From: Candidatus Dadabacteria bacterium | GTDB lineage: Bacteria; Desulfobacterota_D; UBA1144; Nemesobacterales; CSP1-2 | Direction: 5' to 3' | NCBI GenBank assembly: GCA_963805855.1 | Contig: CAWDVW010000005.1 | Coordinates: forward strand, 384,001 to 448,000 | DNA length: 64,000 bases | In this document: positions 10,310 through 20,551 of the stretch, piece after piece | Layout: each line of letters starts with the position of its first letter | How positions within the stretch are numbered: the stretch's first letter is position 1 | Notes under the pieces: generated by a model | Databases searched by the model: none | Told to the model about the DNA's origin: nothing | What the model saw: the letters and a program-made list of their open reading frames with translations, nothing else | Position numbers and translations under genes: made by a program

Positions 10310-10717
10310 ATGCACGCCGGTAATACGGTTAATAGAGTCCTAATCATGATGGTGCTAGTCAGTTTTACCCAATTCTATTTGATTTCAAATACGGGGTATG
10401 CATCAATCGCTGATTCAAGGATGATCATGCAAAAATCTAACCAGGCAGGCAGCAGAGAGATCGACCAAAAAAAGATCAGGAGAATGCTTGAGAACAAAAT
10501 CTTAGCCAAAAGACTGAAAAGCTTTGGAATATCAGACGACGAGATATACCTAAAGATAAAGGCTATGAGCGATGAGCAGGTTCATCAGTTGGCCTCCCTT
10601 TCTGATCGTATACCCGCAGGAGGCGACGGTGGAGCAGCAGCTCTGATAGTCATTGTGACTATTGCGGTCGCCATTATTATTTTACTAGTGCTTGTAGTGT
10701 TAAATAGAAAGGGGTAA
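10310..10717 (+). CDS. PA2779-like protein (paralog 2)
   Basis: Clear paralog of 9811 gene (KIRRMLENK, MSDEQVHQLA, PAGGDGG, TM helix, RKG). Confidence 0.75.
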   Translation: MHAGNTVNRVLIMMVLVSFTQFYLISNTGYASIADSRMIMQKSNQAGSREIDQKKIRRMLENKILAKRLKSFGISDDEIYLKIKAMSDEQVHQLASLSDRIPAGGDGGAAALIVIVTIAVAIIILLVLVVLNRKG

Positions 10718-10741
10718 ATAAAATTTGGATTTGGAAATATC

Positions 10742-11296
10742 ATGCTGTTTAAAGACTGCATTTTGCTATTAGCATTAACCTGCGTGATGCTCCTCTTCTC
10801 CTGTTCAAAAGAAACTGTTAATTCTGAACATTTATCCTCTATAAAAAGTGCTAAGATCATAAGAAACGTTCCATTTGTAAGACAGAGGGATAAGTTCTGC
10901 GGACCAGCGGCAATGGCTTCTGTCATGAACTTCTACGGGCAAAATATAAGCCAGGATCAAATAGCCAAGGAAGTTTATTCCCCGGAGCTTAAAGGGGCAT
11001 TGATTTCCGATATGGAAGATTTCGCAAGGGAAATGGGCTATAACGCTTCCACTATAAACGGCGATGAAAATACCCTTATCTCCCTCATCGACGAAAATGT
11101 CCCATCAATCATTCTGGTTGACCTGGGAATTTGGGTAGTAAGCGTTCCACATTACTATGTGGTATATGGCTACAACGAGAGTAAAGAAACTTTTATAATC
11201 AACACCGGATTCACAAGCAGCAAGGAAATCAATTTTAAAGACCTGGACAAAGAGTGGGAAAAGATGAACAGGCTCATGCTTATTGTCAGAAAGTGA
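10742..11296 (+). CDS. C39-like cysteine peptidase lipoprotein (PA2778-like)
   Basis: Lipobox LFSC, VPFVRQRDKFCGPAAMA (Q...C), PHYYVVYGY (His). Confidence 0.85.
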   Translation: MLFKDCILLLALTCVMLLFSCSKETVNSEHLSSIKSAKIIRNVPFVRQRDKFCGPAAMASVMNFYGQNISQDQIAKEVYSPELKGALISDMEDFAREMGYNASTINGDENTLISLIDENVPSIILVDLGIWVVSVPHYYVVYGYNESKETFIINTGFTSSKEINFKDLDKEWEKMNRLMLIVRK

Positions 11297-11886
11297 AATC
11301 GCATTTAAATAAACCGGCCTATTTGACTCTTATTATTTCTTTCATAATATCGGGGTGTGCTTACCTTCCGATAAATGTTCTATTGATGAAGGACCCTTTG
11401 ACCGCCGAAGAACACAACGACCTGGGTGTTGCGTATGAAAATGAAGGAAAGTACGAACTTGCTATCAGAGAATATAAAACCGCTCTGAAGAAAAATAATC
11501 AATTAATCGTACCATTGGTCAATATCGGTAATGTATTTCTCAAGCAGGGGAATTACTCCGAGGCTGAAAAGTACTATAAAAAGGCTCTCAGTATGGATCC
11601 ATACAATTTAGAGGCGGCCAATAACCTTGCATCACTATGTTTAATCGTTGGAAAGGGATATCAAAAAGCACTCATGCGCCTAACAAGCGCAGTGGCCTTT
11701 AATAAGGGCTTTCCGGCTTATGCGATGGATACAATGGGCGTTTTGTATTATAGATTGGATAATGTGGAGAAGGCGTTGTTTTTTCTGACCAAAGCCTGTG
11801 AGAACGCAAAAGGAAACAGTGAGCTGATTAAGGAAATCGATAATCACCTTAAGGAGATGGGTGAAAGCGGTTGTAAGAAAGAATGA
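11293..11886 (+). CDS. TPR lipoprotein coupled to the peptidase gene
   Basis: GTG overlaps upstream TGA; lipobox ISGC; DPLTAEEHNDLGVAYE TPRs. Confidence 0.8.
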   Translation: MKSHLNKPAYLTLIISFIISGCAYLPINVLLMKDPLTAEEHNDLGVAYENEGKYELAIREYKTALKKNNQLIVPLVNIGNVFLKQGNYSEAEKYYKKALSMDPYNLEAANNLASLCLIVGKGYQKALMRLTSAVAFNKGFPAYAMDTMGVLYYRLDNVEKALFFLTKACENAKGNSELIKEIDNHLKEMGESGCKKE

Positions 11887-11949
11887 AATTCACTACAGCA
11901 AGCTGCAGGGTACCACAACAGAAACTGAAATACTCACGTGTCATTGCTG

Positions 11950-12540
11950 TAGATGTTGGATAATCCGTGGATAAAATCCAAAATAATAAATTTTCTCGAA
12001 ATTTACTCTTCCGTCATCCTCGAACGTTCCCCGCCAGGTACATGTGAGGACAAGCTTTACCGAGGATCCACTGTTTAATGTTTTATTTTCTTTGTCTTGA
12101 TACAAAGAAACAAAAATCAAGGGCTGACAAAAAACGCCTGCGTATCGAGCGAATGCGAGATATCTATTGCTATAATTAATTAGTTCTCTCAGTCACGGAG
12201 CCTGTACTGAGCTTAGGCGAAGTATTCGACCTGACAACTTATATCCGTCGTCGTGATACCACAGTCTGTCATCTCGAACAAATGTGAGAGATCTTGTAGT
12301 TAATTCGGTAAATATAAAAACTAAGGAAAGATTTCTCTCTTCGTTCGAAATGACAATAGGCGGTCAGAAGATGGATTTCTCACGGAGCCTGTACTGAGCT
12401 ACGCCGAAGTGTTCCTTCGAGATGACAGTAATGATTGTCACTTTTCTTAACGCTTCCGGAATTGATTTTGGCAATTTTTTGAATGCCCGTTTAAGATCTA
12501 AGATATTGTCCCCGAATTATGTAACATCACAGCAATGACG
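11950..12540. mobile_element. MITE-like composite repeat, copy A (with nested REP doublets)
   Basis: Blocks 12086-12126 and 12447-12488 identical to 22153-22193 and 22268-22309; internal CACGGAGCCTGTACTGAGC twice; GTCATCTCGAAC/TTCGAAATGAC palindrome. Confidence 0.65.
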
Positions 12541-12575
12541 GGCGAGGGGAAACGCTGTAGAACGCTGCAGGGAAT

Positions 12576-14411
12576 TCACTTGTTAAATCTTTTTTTGTCG
12601 ATTTTTCCAGCGAGGTCGATTGCTTCCTTTACCATACCCCTAAGGATAGATAACCCACCCTGCCAGAATTCCGGATCTGTAATATCTACACCTACGCGCG
12701 ATAAAAGATTTTCGGGCGATTCACTACCGCCCGACGACAGAAGCTCAATGTATCTGGGGACAAAACTATCACTTTCCTTCAGATATTTATTGTATAAAGA
12801 CAATACCAGAAGCTCACCGAAGGAGTATGCATAACAGTAAAAGGGAGAGTGAATAAAATGAGGTATATAAGTCCACCACCATGAGTAATCGTCTGTTAGC
12901 ACTACAGAGTTTCCAAACATCTGTTTATTGGCCTCGATCCAGATTTCACTTATGCTCTCAGCTGTCAGTTCACCCTTATCTCTTCTCGCATGGTGGAGTT
13001 TTTCCTCGAATCTGGTCAGTACAACCTGTCTGAATATAGTCGCAAAAATGTCCTCAAGCTTACCGCAAAGGAGTGAAAGTCGAACCCCGGAATTCTCTTC
13101 CGATTCCATAAGCTTATGAAATACCAATATCTCACCAAAGACGCTAGCCGTCTCGGCTGTTGTGAGAGGTGTGTTACATTGAAAATATCCTCGATTTCTT
13201 GAAAGATATTGATGAATCCCGTGACCCAGCTCATGTGCCAGTGTCATGACGTCGCGGAGCTTGCCGGAGTAATTAGTAAATACATAGGGATGAACGCTTG
13301 GCACTGTGCTGTGACTAAAGGCGCCCCCCCTCTTCCCCTGTCTTATCTCAGCATCAATCCAATTTTTGTCAAAAAACTCTCGCGCGATATCGGACAGGCG
13401 AGACGAGAAATCGGCAAACGAGTCGAGGATTATCTCTTTACCTGCTTTATAATTTATTGTTATCTTTTCAGCATCGATCGGTGCATATCGGTCATAATCG
13501 TAAAACTTTTTTACGCCAAGAAGTCCTTTCTTCAGATTATAATATTCCTCTACCATATCAAAATTATTTTCACAGGACGTCATAAGGGTATCAACAGTTT
13601 CTTTATCTATCTCATTATCCAGGTGACGGGAATCCATTGGATCTCGGTAAGAACGGAGCCGGTCATCTATGGAATGGTCCTCGACCAGAGTATTGAAAAT
13701 ATAGGTAAGTACATGGATGTTCTCCCTAAGCCCTCTTGTAAGGCCTTTAGCTGCGGCCCGACGTATATCTCTTCGAGTGTCATAAAGGAGCGCGAGTGCC
13801 TCTGTTTCGGTTAGGCGCTTGATCTTCCCATCAAGTCTCACTTTAAATCGGATATTATTAATTACCTCGTCAAATAGTCTAATAAATGCCCGCGAGCCAG
13901 TGTTTGCCTTTTCATCTAAGATCTTCTCCTCGGGTTCACTCAACTTGTGTGGTTTATAACGCCTTTCCTGTTTAAGAAAGTGTCGGTAACGAGAAAGAAC
14001 CTCATCTCCTATCAGCCTATCCGCGATTTCGTCGGACAACGCTATCCATTCAAGCTCAAAAAAGATGAGGTGTTTTCTGATTTCAGTGGACCTTTCTTCG
14101 ACATATTTTAAAAACGCGCCGCGCGTGGGATTGCTCGTGTCTGCTGCGAACTCGAGATATGCATAAGAGAGTAATTTCCCTATCGTCTCAGTTACAGACT
14201 CCAGCTCCTCAAGCGCCCTCAGCAGCATAGAAGATGAAATTCCATCAGAATTTACCTTGCCTCGATACTCTATTTCAAATTCTCTTGCCGTCGATAGAGC
14301 AGTTTCCAGATCCCTTTTAATCTGGGGATCGTCCAAACCCAAATACAAGTCGGAAAGATCCCACCTAATTCCCTCAGAACCTATCAATATCCTTTCGGCA
14401 ACTTCTGTCAT
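12576..14411 (-). CDS. pepF: Oligoendopeptidase F (peptidase M3B)
   Basis: WDLSDLY, GKRGGAF, TLAHELGHGIH, AETASVFGE, PFYCYAYSFG. Confidence 0.9.
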   Translation of the reverse strand: MTEVAERILIGSEGIRWDLSDLYLGLDDPQIKRDLETALSTAREFEIEYRGKVNSDGISSSMLLRALEELESVTETIGKLLSYAYLEFAADTSNPTRGAFLKYVEERSTEIRKHLIFFELEWIALSDEIADRLIGDEVLSRYRHFLKQERRYKPHKLSEPEEKILDEKANTGSRAFIRLFDEVINNIRFKVRLDGKIKRLTETEALALLYDTRRDIRRAAAKGLTRGLRENIHVLTYIFNTLVEDHSIDDRLRSYRDPMDSRHLDNEIDKETVDTLMTSCENNFDMVEEYYNLKKGLLGVKKFYDYDRYAPIDAEKITINYKAGKEIILDSFADFSSRLSDIAREFFDKNWIDAEIRQGKRGGAFSHSTVPSVHPYVFTNYSGKLRDVMTLAHELGHGIHQYLSRNRGYFQCNTPLTTAETASVFGEILVFHKLMESEENSGVRLSLLCGKLEDIFATIFRQVVLTRFEEKLHHARRDKGELTAESISEIWIEANKQMFGNSVVLTDDYSWWWTYIPHFIHSPFYCYAYSFGELLVLSLYNKYLKESDSFVPRYIELLSSGGSESPENLLSRVGVDITDPEFWQGGLSILRGMVKEAIDLAGKIDKKRFNK

Positions 14412-14481
14412 AGACTATACTCCTCTTTCTTTTTGTGACTGTGCTTCTTCCGGCTGAAAAATTATCTGAAATAAAATGGAC

Positions 14482-15012
14482 TTATTCGGAAGCTTCCTTA
14501 ATAAAATCCAAAACATCTTGTGGGTGGCCCGAAGGTCTAACCGTTCTATACACGTTGGCAATGTTACCGGAAGGGTCAATAACTATCGTGTCTCTTGAGG
14601 CAAAACCATCTGAGACCTCAACATCAAATAACGACATTATTCTTCCGTCCACATCGGGTATTAGCGGAACCTTAAGCTTATATTTGTCTCTGAAATCACA
14701 GTGACTTTCCCTTGTATCAGTGCTGATACCATATACCGAGACGTTATTTTTTAAGAAGTCCTCATATAAATCGGTAAACTGTTTCGCCTCAATCGTACAA
14801 CCTGGTGTATCATCTTTGGGATAGAAATATAATACCACCCATTTTCCTCTTAAATTATTCGTGTCAACCAAGTTACCCTCTTCATCATTCGCACTGAATA
14901 TGGGTGCCTTATCACCCACGCGGGGCTCAGCATTCGCTAATTTAAGCGGGTAAAATGATATGACATTTAATACCAAAAGGATCTTAACTAATAATCGCAT
15001 GAAACCGTCCAA
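14482..15012 (-). CDS. bcp: BCP/PrxQ peroxiredoxin with N-terminal signal
   Basis: VVLYFYPKDDTPGCTIEA; second Cys in ESHCDF. Confidence 0.9.
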   Translation of the reverse strand: MDGFMRLLVKILLVLNVISFYPLKLANAEPRVGDKAPIFSANDEEGNLVDTNNLRGKWVVLYFYPKDDTPGCTIEAKQFTDLYEDFLKNNVSVYGISTDTRESHCDFRDKYKLKVPLIPDVDGRIMSLFDVEVSDGFASRDTIVIDPSGNIANVYRTVRPSGHPQDVLDFIKEASE

Positions 15013-15013
15013 A

Positions 15014-15481
15014 TTATGAAGTTTCCTTTTTCTCCAGCTCTTCCCTTACAATTCTACTGACTAACGAACCCTCTGCTCTTCCCTTAAGCCGAGGCATAAT
15101 ACTTTTCATCACTTTCCCCATATCTTTAACCGAAAGCGCGTTAACCTCATCAATTGCATTTCTAGTCTCAAGCCTTATTTCTTCCTCTTCCATCTGCTTC
15201 GGCATATACCTCATGAGTATATCCACCTCGGCTGTTTCTTTATCTGCTAGCTCTTGCCTATTTGCTTTCGTATATTCACTCACAGCCTCTTTACGCCTTT
15301 TGACTTCTCCAGATACGACCTCTATAACCTCTTCGTCGGTTAAGAACTCTTTGCCCTTTTTGATTTCAATCTCCTTGTTTCTTATTGCGGCTTGGAGCAT
15401 TCGCAGTACAGAAAGCTCAAGTTCACTCCTATTCCTGAGGGCGTTTTTTAAATCCTCTGGTATCTTTTCTCTGAGAGTCAT
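15014..15481 (-). CDS. GatB/YqeY domain protein
   Basis: LRMLQAAIRNKEI, YMPKQM, KDMGKVM. Confidence 0.9.
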   Translation of the reverse strand: MTLREKIPEDLKNALRNRSELELSVLRMLQAAIRNKEIEIKKGKEFLTDEEVIEVVSGEVKRRKEAVSEYTKANRQELADKETAEVDILMRYMPKQMEEEEIRLETRNAIDEVNALSVKDMGKVMKSIMPRLKGRAEGSLVSRIVREELEKKETS

Positions 15482-15609
15482 ATTTAATTACCCAGTAACA
15501 ATCTACCATATACTTCAATTCAAATAAATTTAACGATACTCCAGAATGATTCAATGATGCTTGAATGGAACTCGTAGATTGAGTAATCTGATTTCCTAAT
15601 TTAAAAAGG

Positions 15610-16494
15610 ATGCTTATACCTCAATTTTATAAAGACAATTTAAAGCCAATAATCTCATTCGAGATTTTCCCCCCCAAGACAGATAAAGGAATGGAAAACC
15701 TTCAGATCATCATTCCCGAACTAATCTCGCTCAAACCCGATTTCATGACTGTAACATATGGTGCACTCGGTTCTACACAGGAAAGAACACTTGAGATCGC
15801 ATCAAAAATCAAGAACAACTATAATATGGAAACAGCATGTCATCTAACCTGCGTAGGAGCATCCAGAACCGAACTCGATTACATTATTAAACGAATCTAT
15901 GACGCGAATATCAGAAATATCGTTGCCCTCCGGGGAGACCCCCCCCACGGAGAGGAAACATTCATCACACCGCCTGATGGACTCTCCCACGCACATGAGT
16001 TAGTAAAACACATAAGACAATTCGAAGAAACGGAAGGGATCGAGCGATTTGGCATTGCTGTTGCAGGTTATCCCGAAAAGCACCTCGAGGCAGAGAGCAT
16101 GGAAAAGGATATCGCCAACCTTAAGTCGAAGATAGAAGCTGGAGCCGACGTAATTATTACTCAGCTATTCTTTGAGAATAAGTTTTTCTTAAACTTTGTA
16201 AAGAAAGTCAGGGAAGCGGGTATCAAGGTGCCCGTCATTCCTGGTCTCATGCCGATACTTTCTGTCAGGCAGATTCAGCATATCACATCGATGTGCGGTT
16301 CTAGCATACCACAAAAGCTTCAATCTGAGTTAAAATTAGCAGTAGATGACGATGATAAAGCTCAAGAAATTGGTGTTCGCCAATGTATCAGCCAGGCGAA
16401 GGAGCTGATAGCAAATGGAGCAAAAGGAATACACTTCTATGTGCTAAACAAAACAACGCATATAAGACAGATAATGGAGGCTATAAGAAGCTGA
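15610..16494 (+). CDS. metF: 5,10-methylenetetrahydrofolate reductase
   Basis: SFEIFPPKT, VTYGA, HLTC, ALRGDPP, AGYPEKH, TQLFF, GIHFYVLN. Confidence 0.95.
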   Translation: MLIPQFYKDNLKPIISFEIFPPKTDKGMENLQIIIPELISLKPDFMTVTYGALGSTQERTLEIASKIKNNYNMETACHLTCVGASRTELDYIIKRIYDANIRNIVALRGDPPHGEETFITPPDGLSHAHELVKHIRQFEETEGIERFGIAVAGYPEKHLEAESMEKDIANLKSKIEAGADVIITQLFFENKFFLNFVKKVREAGIKVPVIPGLMPILSVRQIQHITSMCGSSIPQKLQSELKLAVDDDDKAQEIGVRQCISQAKELIANGAKGIHFYVLNKTTHIRQIMEAIRS

Positions 16495-16621
16495 TTAGGC
16501 TTGATCTTTATATTAAAGCCTGGATTTCGATAAAATTTATATCCATTATGATCAGCTAATTTGAGTCAAAGATCAGTATGAATTATCTTAAAGAATCTAA
16601 TCTCATTCAAACGAAGGCAAA

Positions 16622-17536
16622 ATGAAATTTGGAATCGTAATTCCGTTACACAGAGATGTCGATGCGCTTGTTAACCTTGAGCTGGCTGAGAACGCCGAAA
16701 TGCTTGGTTTTGACTCAATATGGATAAGCGATCATGTCGTTCTTCCTACAAAATACGAAGGACGATTTAGCAACGTCCTCTATGATCCCTTTGTTCTCCT
16801 CGCATCAATAGCGGCGAAGACCAAAAAGATTTCACTCGGAACCAGCATAATTATCGTTCCTTATAGAAACCCTATAGTGGTGGCAAAAATGATCTCTACG
16901 ATCGATTTGCTTTCGGAAGGAAGAATTGTTCTCGGCGTTGGTCCGGGTTGGATGGAAGAAGAATTCAATATACTGGGTATTCCATTTAATGAAAGGGGAC
17001 AACGAACCGATGAATACATAAACATCTTTAAAGAAGTTTGGGAAAAAGACGAGCCTCAATTCGAGGGAGAATTTTACAGCTTTTCCAAAATAAAGTTCTA
17101 TCCCAAACCTATTCAAAAGCCACATCCTCCCATCTGGATCGGAGGAATCAGTAAAAAGGCTATTGAACGGGCTGTCGATCAAGGAAATGGGTGGCATCCC
17201 GTATGGCTCAGTCCTGATCAGATGGAAAAGAAGATCGGTTATTTAAAAAGAATTGCTAAGGAGCAGGGAAGGAATTTAGACAATTTCGTTTTCTCTATTA
17301 GAAACAGGCTTAGAATCTTAGAAACTACCGAAGTGAAAAAACCTGATTTCAGTGAATCGAGGGGAAAGTATACCTTTTCATTTCACGGAACGACAGAAGA
17401 AATCATCCATAAGATACGGCAATTCGAATCTATAGGCGTTTCCCACATAATGTTCGATTTAGATGTAGAAAATAATAAGGAAATGTTTAATACGATTGAG
17501 CGATTTGCAAACGATATAATGCCTGTTTTTAAGTAA
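16622..17536 (+). CDS. LLM-class flavin/F420-dependent oxidoreductase
   Basis: GFDSIWISDH, YRNP, GRIVLGVGPGW..EEF, PHPPIWIGG. Confidence 0.9.
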   Translation: MKFGIVIPLHRDVDALVNLELAENAEMLGFDSIWISDHVVLPTKYEGRFSNVLYDPFVLLASIAAKTKKISLGTSIIIVPYRNPIVVAKMISTIDLLSEGRIVLGVGPGWMEEEFNILGIPFNERGQRTDEYINIFKEVWEKDEPQFEGEFYSFSKIKFYPKPIQKPHPPIWIGGISKKAIERAVDQGNGWHPVWLSPDQMEKKIGYLKRIAKEQGRNLDNFVFSIRNRLRILETTEVKKPDFSESRGKYTFSFHGTTEEIIHKIRQFESIGVSHIMFDLDVENNKEMFNTIERFANDIMPVFK

Positions 17537-17783
17537 TTTTCTCGCAAAGCCGTTGGTTTTCGGCAGTCGGAGAATCAATCCGGAATCCACTCCGATTGTC
17601 ATCCCCGAATGTTGCCCAATCAACACATTTGGGTACAGGCCTAATCGGAGATCGATAAAATAGGTAACTGCGAGTACTTCCACTCGCTCAGCACTGGTTT
17701 CGAAGCAATCTCCTCGCTTATTGTCATAGCAAGGCGTAAAGCCCTTTCGCGGATGTCGCTATTTGTTCATTCTATTTCTGAAA

Positions 17784-17816
17784 CTGTGATCCCTAGTAGT
17801 ATTGTTCTGAATCATG
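17784..17816. repeat. Left inverted repeat of AIPR-Fic island
   Basis: Reverse complement CATGATTCAGAACAATACTACTAGGGATCACAG matches 21808-21840 at 31/33. Confidence 0.8.
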
Positions 17817-17995
17817 CATCCTGATTTAAAGGGTCGCGTCCCCTTTGATTACTTTGATTATTATAAAACGCCACCTTCCAGTGCAATAAATAGATCCCGT
17901 TACCGTAAAACATTGGGGCAATCTTTTGTTCGGGCATGTTCTATGTTAGCATATAAGGGGTTATAAGAGGTGCTGACTAACTAATATTAACCAAG

Positions 17996-20135
17996 TTGGT
18001 TAATCCTTTAATGGTGAAATTCCAATCGATTAATAATAATCAAAAAGATTTCGAAGACGGTATCGAAAAAATATTACAATACGCTCAAGAAGTAGCAGAA
18101 AATATATCTTTGAGAAGAAGGATTCAAGAAGAAAAATCTATAGTTTTAAAGCACTTGACGAGAGTATGTGCAAATTGGGAAAAATTTATTGAAAGTGAAA
18201 TTACATTAGCAGCTAAGCTTGATACCACAAAAATAATCAAAGAAATGAACCTACCAAGGAATACCAGACTCAATTTACATTTAATTAGAGCTATTTTATA
18301 TTCAGATATTTTTAGGGATTTTCACGAGGTCGATAGAGCTAAAAACTTTTTTAATAAATTCATCATCGATAAATACAACCCCTATAAGAGAATTACAAAC
18401 AAACAAAAACAAGACATTAATTTGTTTATAAGCTCAGAAACTATTTATCACATTATTCAGAATTTTCAAAAAGAATGTTACGCCAGGGTTATAAGAAAAA
18501 ATATGGCTTAAGTCGCTTTACTGAACCGGGGCAGTTCTTATTGTCAAATAATTGCAAAAGATTTCAGGAGCTTATTTCGAGTTTCAAGTATGCTTCAGTA
18601 AACATGAAAAATATTTATAAGTAAGTCAATAAAATCAAGATGAATAATTTATTTGCTGATTTAAAAAGCCTGACCTTCCCTGGAAAGTATTTTGTTTCAG
18701 AAGATAAAAAGACCATACTTGGTGAAACAAGATTTAGAGACATATTGTTTTTAGATTATAGAGACACGGAAGCCGGAAGCAATCCAAGAGAATATGCAGG
18801 ACTAAAAAAGACAAATGAAGAAATATTAAAAAGCCTTCTTAGGGACTATAAAAATATGTTTCGCTTTCTCCATTCGGGAATAATTGCATCTTTAACTGGT
18901 CTAAAACTAATAAATGATTCACATACAATATGATAGTTGTTGTTTAACAAACGGGAATCAGACACGGTTCATTATCCTAATTCTCGCTTTGCTGAGGATG
19001 TACTCTATCGAGAATGACATTAGCAACATAAATGAAAAATCATTCAAAAGCTTAATAAAAGAGAAATTTAAGAATAAAAATAATATCTTAAACTTCTCAT
19101 CTTTCGTCAAATATACAAAAATTGCGGAGATACGCAGATTCCTATTAGGAAATGGAAAATATTTAATTTCTTTTAAAGATATGAATTTCGACGTATTCTT
19201 GAAATTCAAAAATCAGAATTCAAGTAAATGTCTTAGAAAGAATAATAGAGCCTATAGATGATTTAGATGAATATGATGCAGGCACATTAATTGCTCAAGC
19301 CAATAACAACACGCAAAACGTAAAAGTTGACGATATATTTGGTAGTCGCCATAAAAAGGAATTACCTAAATTCATTTTTGATAATTTTATTTCTCGTTAT
19401 GGTGACTCTGTAAAAATAGAATACCGATTAGGAGAAGTTATTCGAGAAAGGGTCCAAAGTTCATATCCTAACTTTACTAAGACCGGTTGTTGCTACGGGA
19501 ATATTAACTAAAGAAAAGGATGTATTTAGGTTATCTAATCAAAGAACCCCTATATATAATCTTTTTACAAAACTTTTGAGAAATTTAACAAAGGAGATGA
19601 AAAAGCCAAGAAAACAGTGGAATCGGTCTCGAAAATGATTCCGCTCCTTTATGACATAAGAGAAAATTTTATCATTCCTCAATTAAGACTACACAAGAGT
19701 ATATTTTATAGAGAATACCGAGAGAAAGCTATAAATAAAGAATTAGATACAACAACAATCCGCGATAGAATAAAATTCAAAGATGGGGAATTACTAGAGG
19801 ATTCAATAGACGCTTTAAAAAAAATCACAAATTTTAATATAGACCATATAATTCCTGTGGTTGTTTTTAGAATTAGAAAAATTATAAAATTGAATCTACT
19901 GGCGAAGTGGCAATTACAGTTTCAAACGGATAAAGAAAAGTTTTTCAAAACGATAATACAGGCGATATATAAAAGTTATATTGAACTTAAGTTGATTGGT
20001 ACTGCTGGTTCAATAACAGACGAAATTAGGAAGACAGCATTTTTTAAAAACGGTGAGGAAGGTTATGAAGCTTTAAAGAATTTGTTAAATTTCGAAGAAA
20101 CAAAATTTATAGAAGAAAATAAGTACATTGCATAA
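17996..20135 (+). pseudogene. AIPR-family (abortive infection, ParB-like) protein broken by several frameshifts
   Basis: Consecutive AT-rich fragments carry SNPREYAG..N..I.KSL..FRFLHSGI, LTNGNQT and IAQANNNTQNVKVDDI, matching AIPR motifs NVRxxLG/NNGI/NGGQT/NxQN. Confidence 0.6.
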
Positions 20136-20181
20136 ACAGGAAATCAATCAAAACAAGTCAGGCTCAAACATTTAGACAGAG

Positions 20182-20210
20182 AAACTCGGGGCCAGGCATG
20201 CAATTTGACA
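20182..20210 (+). repeat. 29-bp direct repeat, copy 1
   Basis: AAACTCGGGGCCAGGCATGCAATTTGACA; 28/29 identical to 21743-21771. Confidence 0.85.
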
Positions 20211-20522
20211 CATATAAGCTGTCTTCATTCTAGCCCCTTTGTTTCTTAATTTATCTTTGTAAAGCTCGTAATTAACTCGTTACAGGCACGAATTAATTAA
20301 TCAGACGTTAATAAGAATTAGTCAACAAAAGACCCCAAACTTTAAACTCTGTAATCCCGAAGGTCGTGGGTTCTCCAGTTCTATGCCGCTCGGTCGTGAT
20401 CCTGATTGGCGTTGGTTTTCCGGCTGCCAGCGCGCGCCACCATCCAGAATTGCGGAGATTGGATGGCATATTCACCGCATAACCTACGGAGAATGATCTA
20501 GCTTTTGCGGCGAATAACAGGC

Positions 20523-20551
20523 ATAATCTCCGCATGAGGTGCGGAGATTAT
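20523..20551. promoter_or_regulatory. Palindromic operator overlapping Fic start
   Basis: ATAATCTCCGCA-TGAGG-TGCGGAGATTAT perfect 12-bp inverted repeat; related half-sites at about 20451 and 20470-20494. Confidence 0.6.

Noticed and set aside
13209-13814. 201-aa plus-strand ORF and similar antisense ORFs (58619-59314, 61803-62441)
   Set aside because: Shadows of well-supported genes on the opposite strand, with no motifs.
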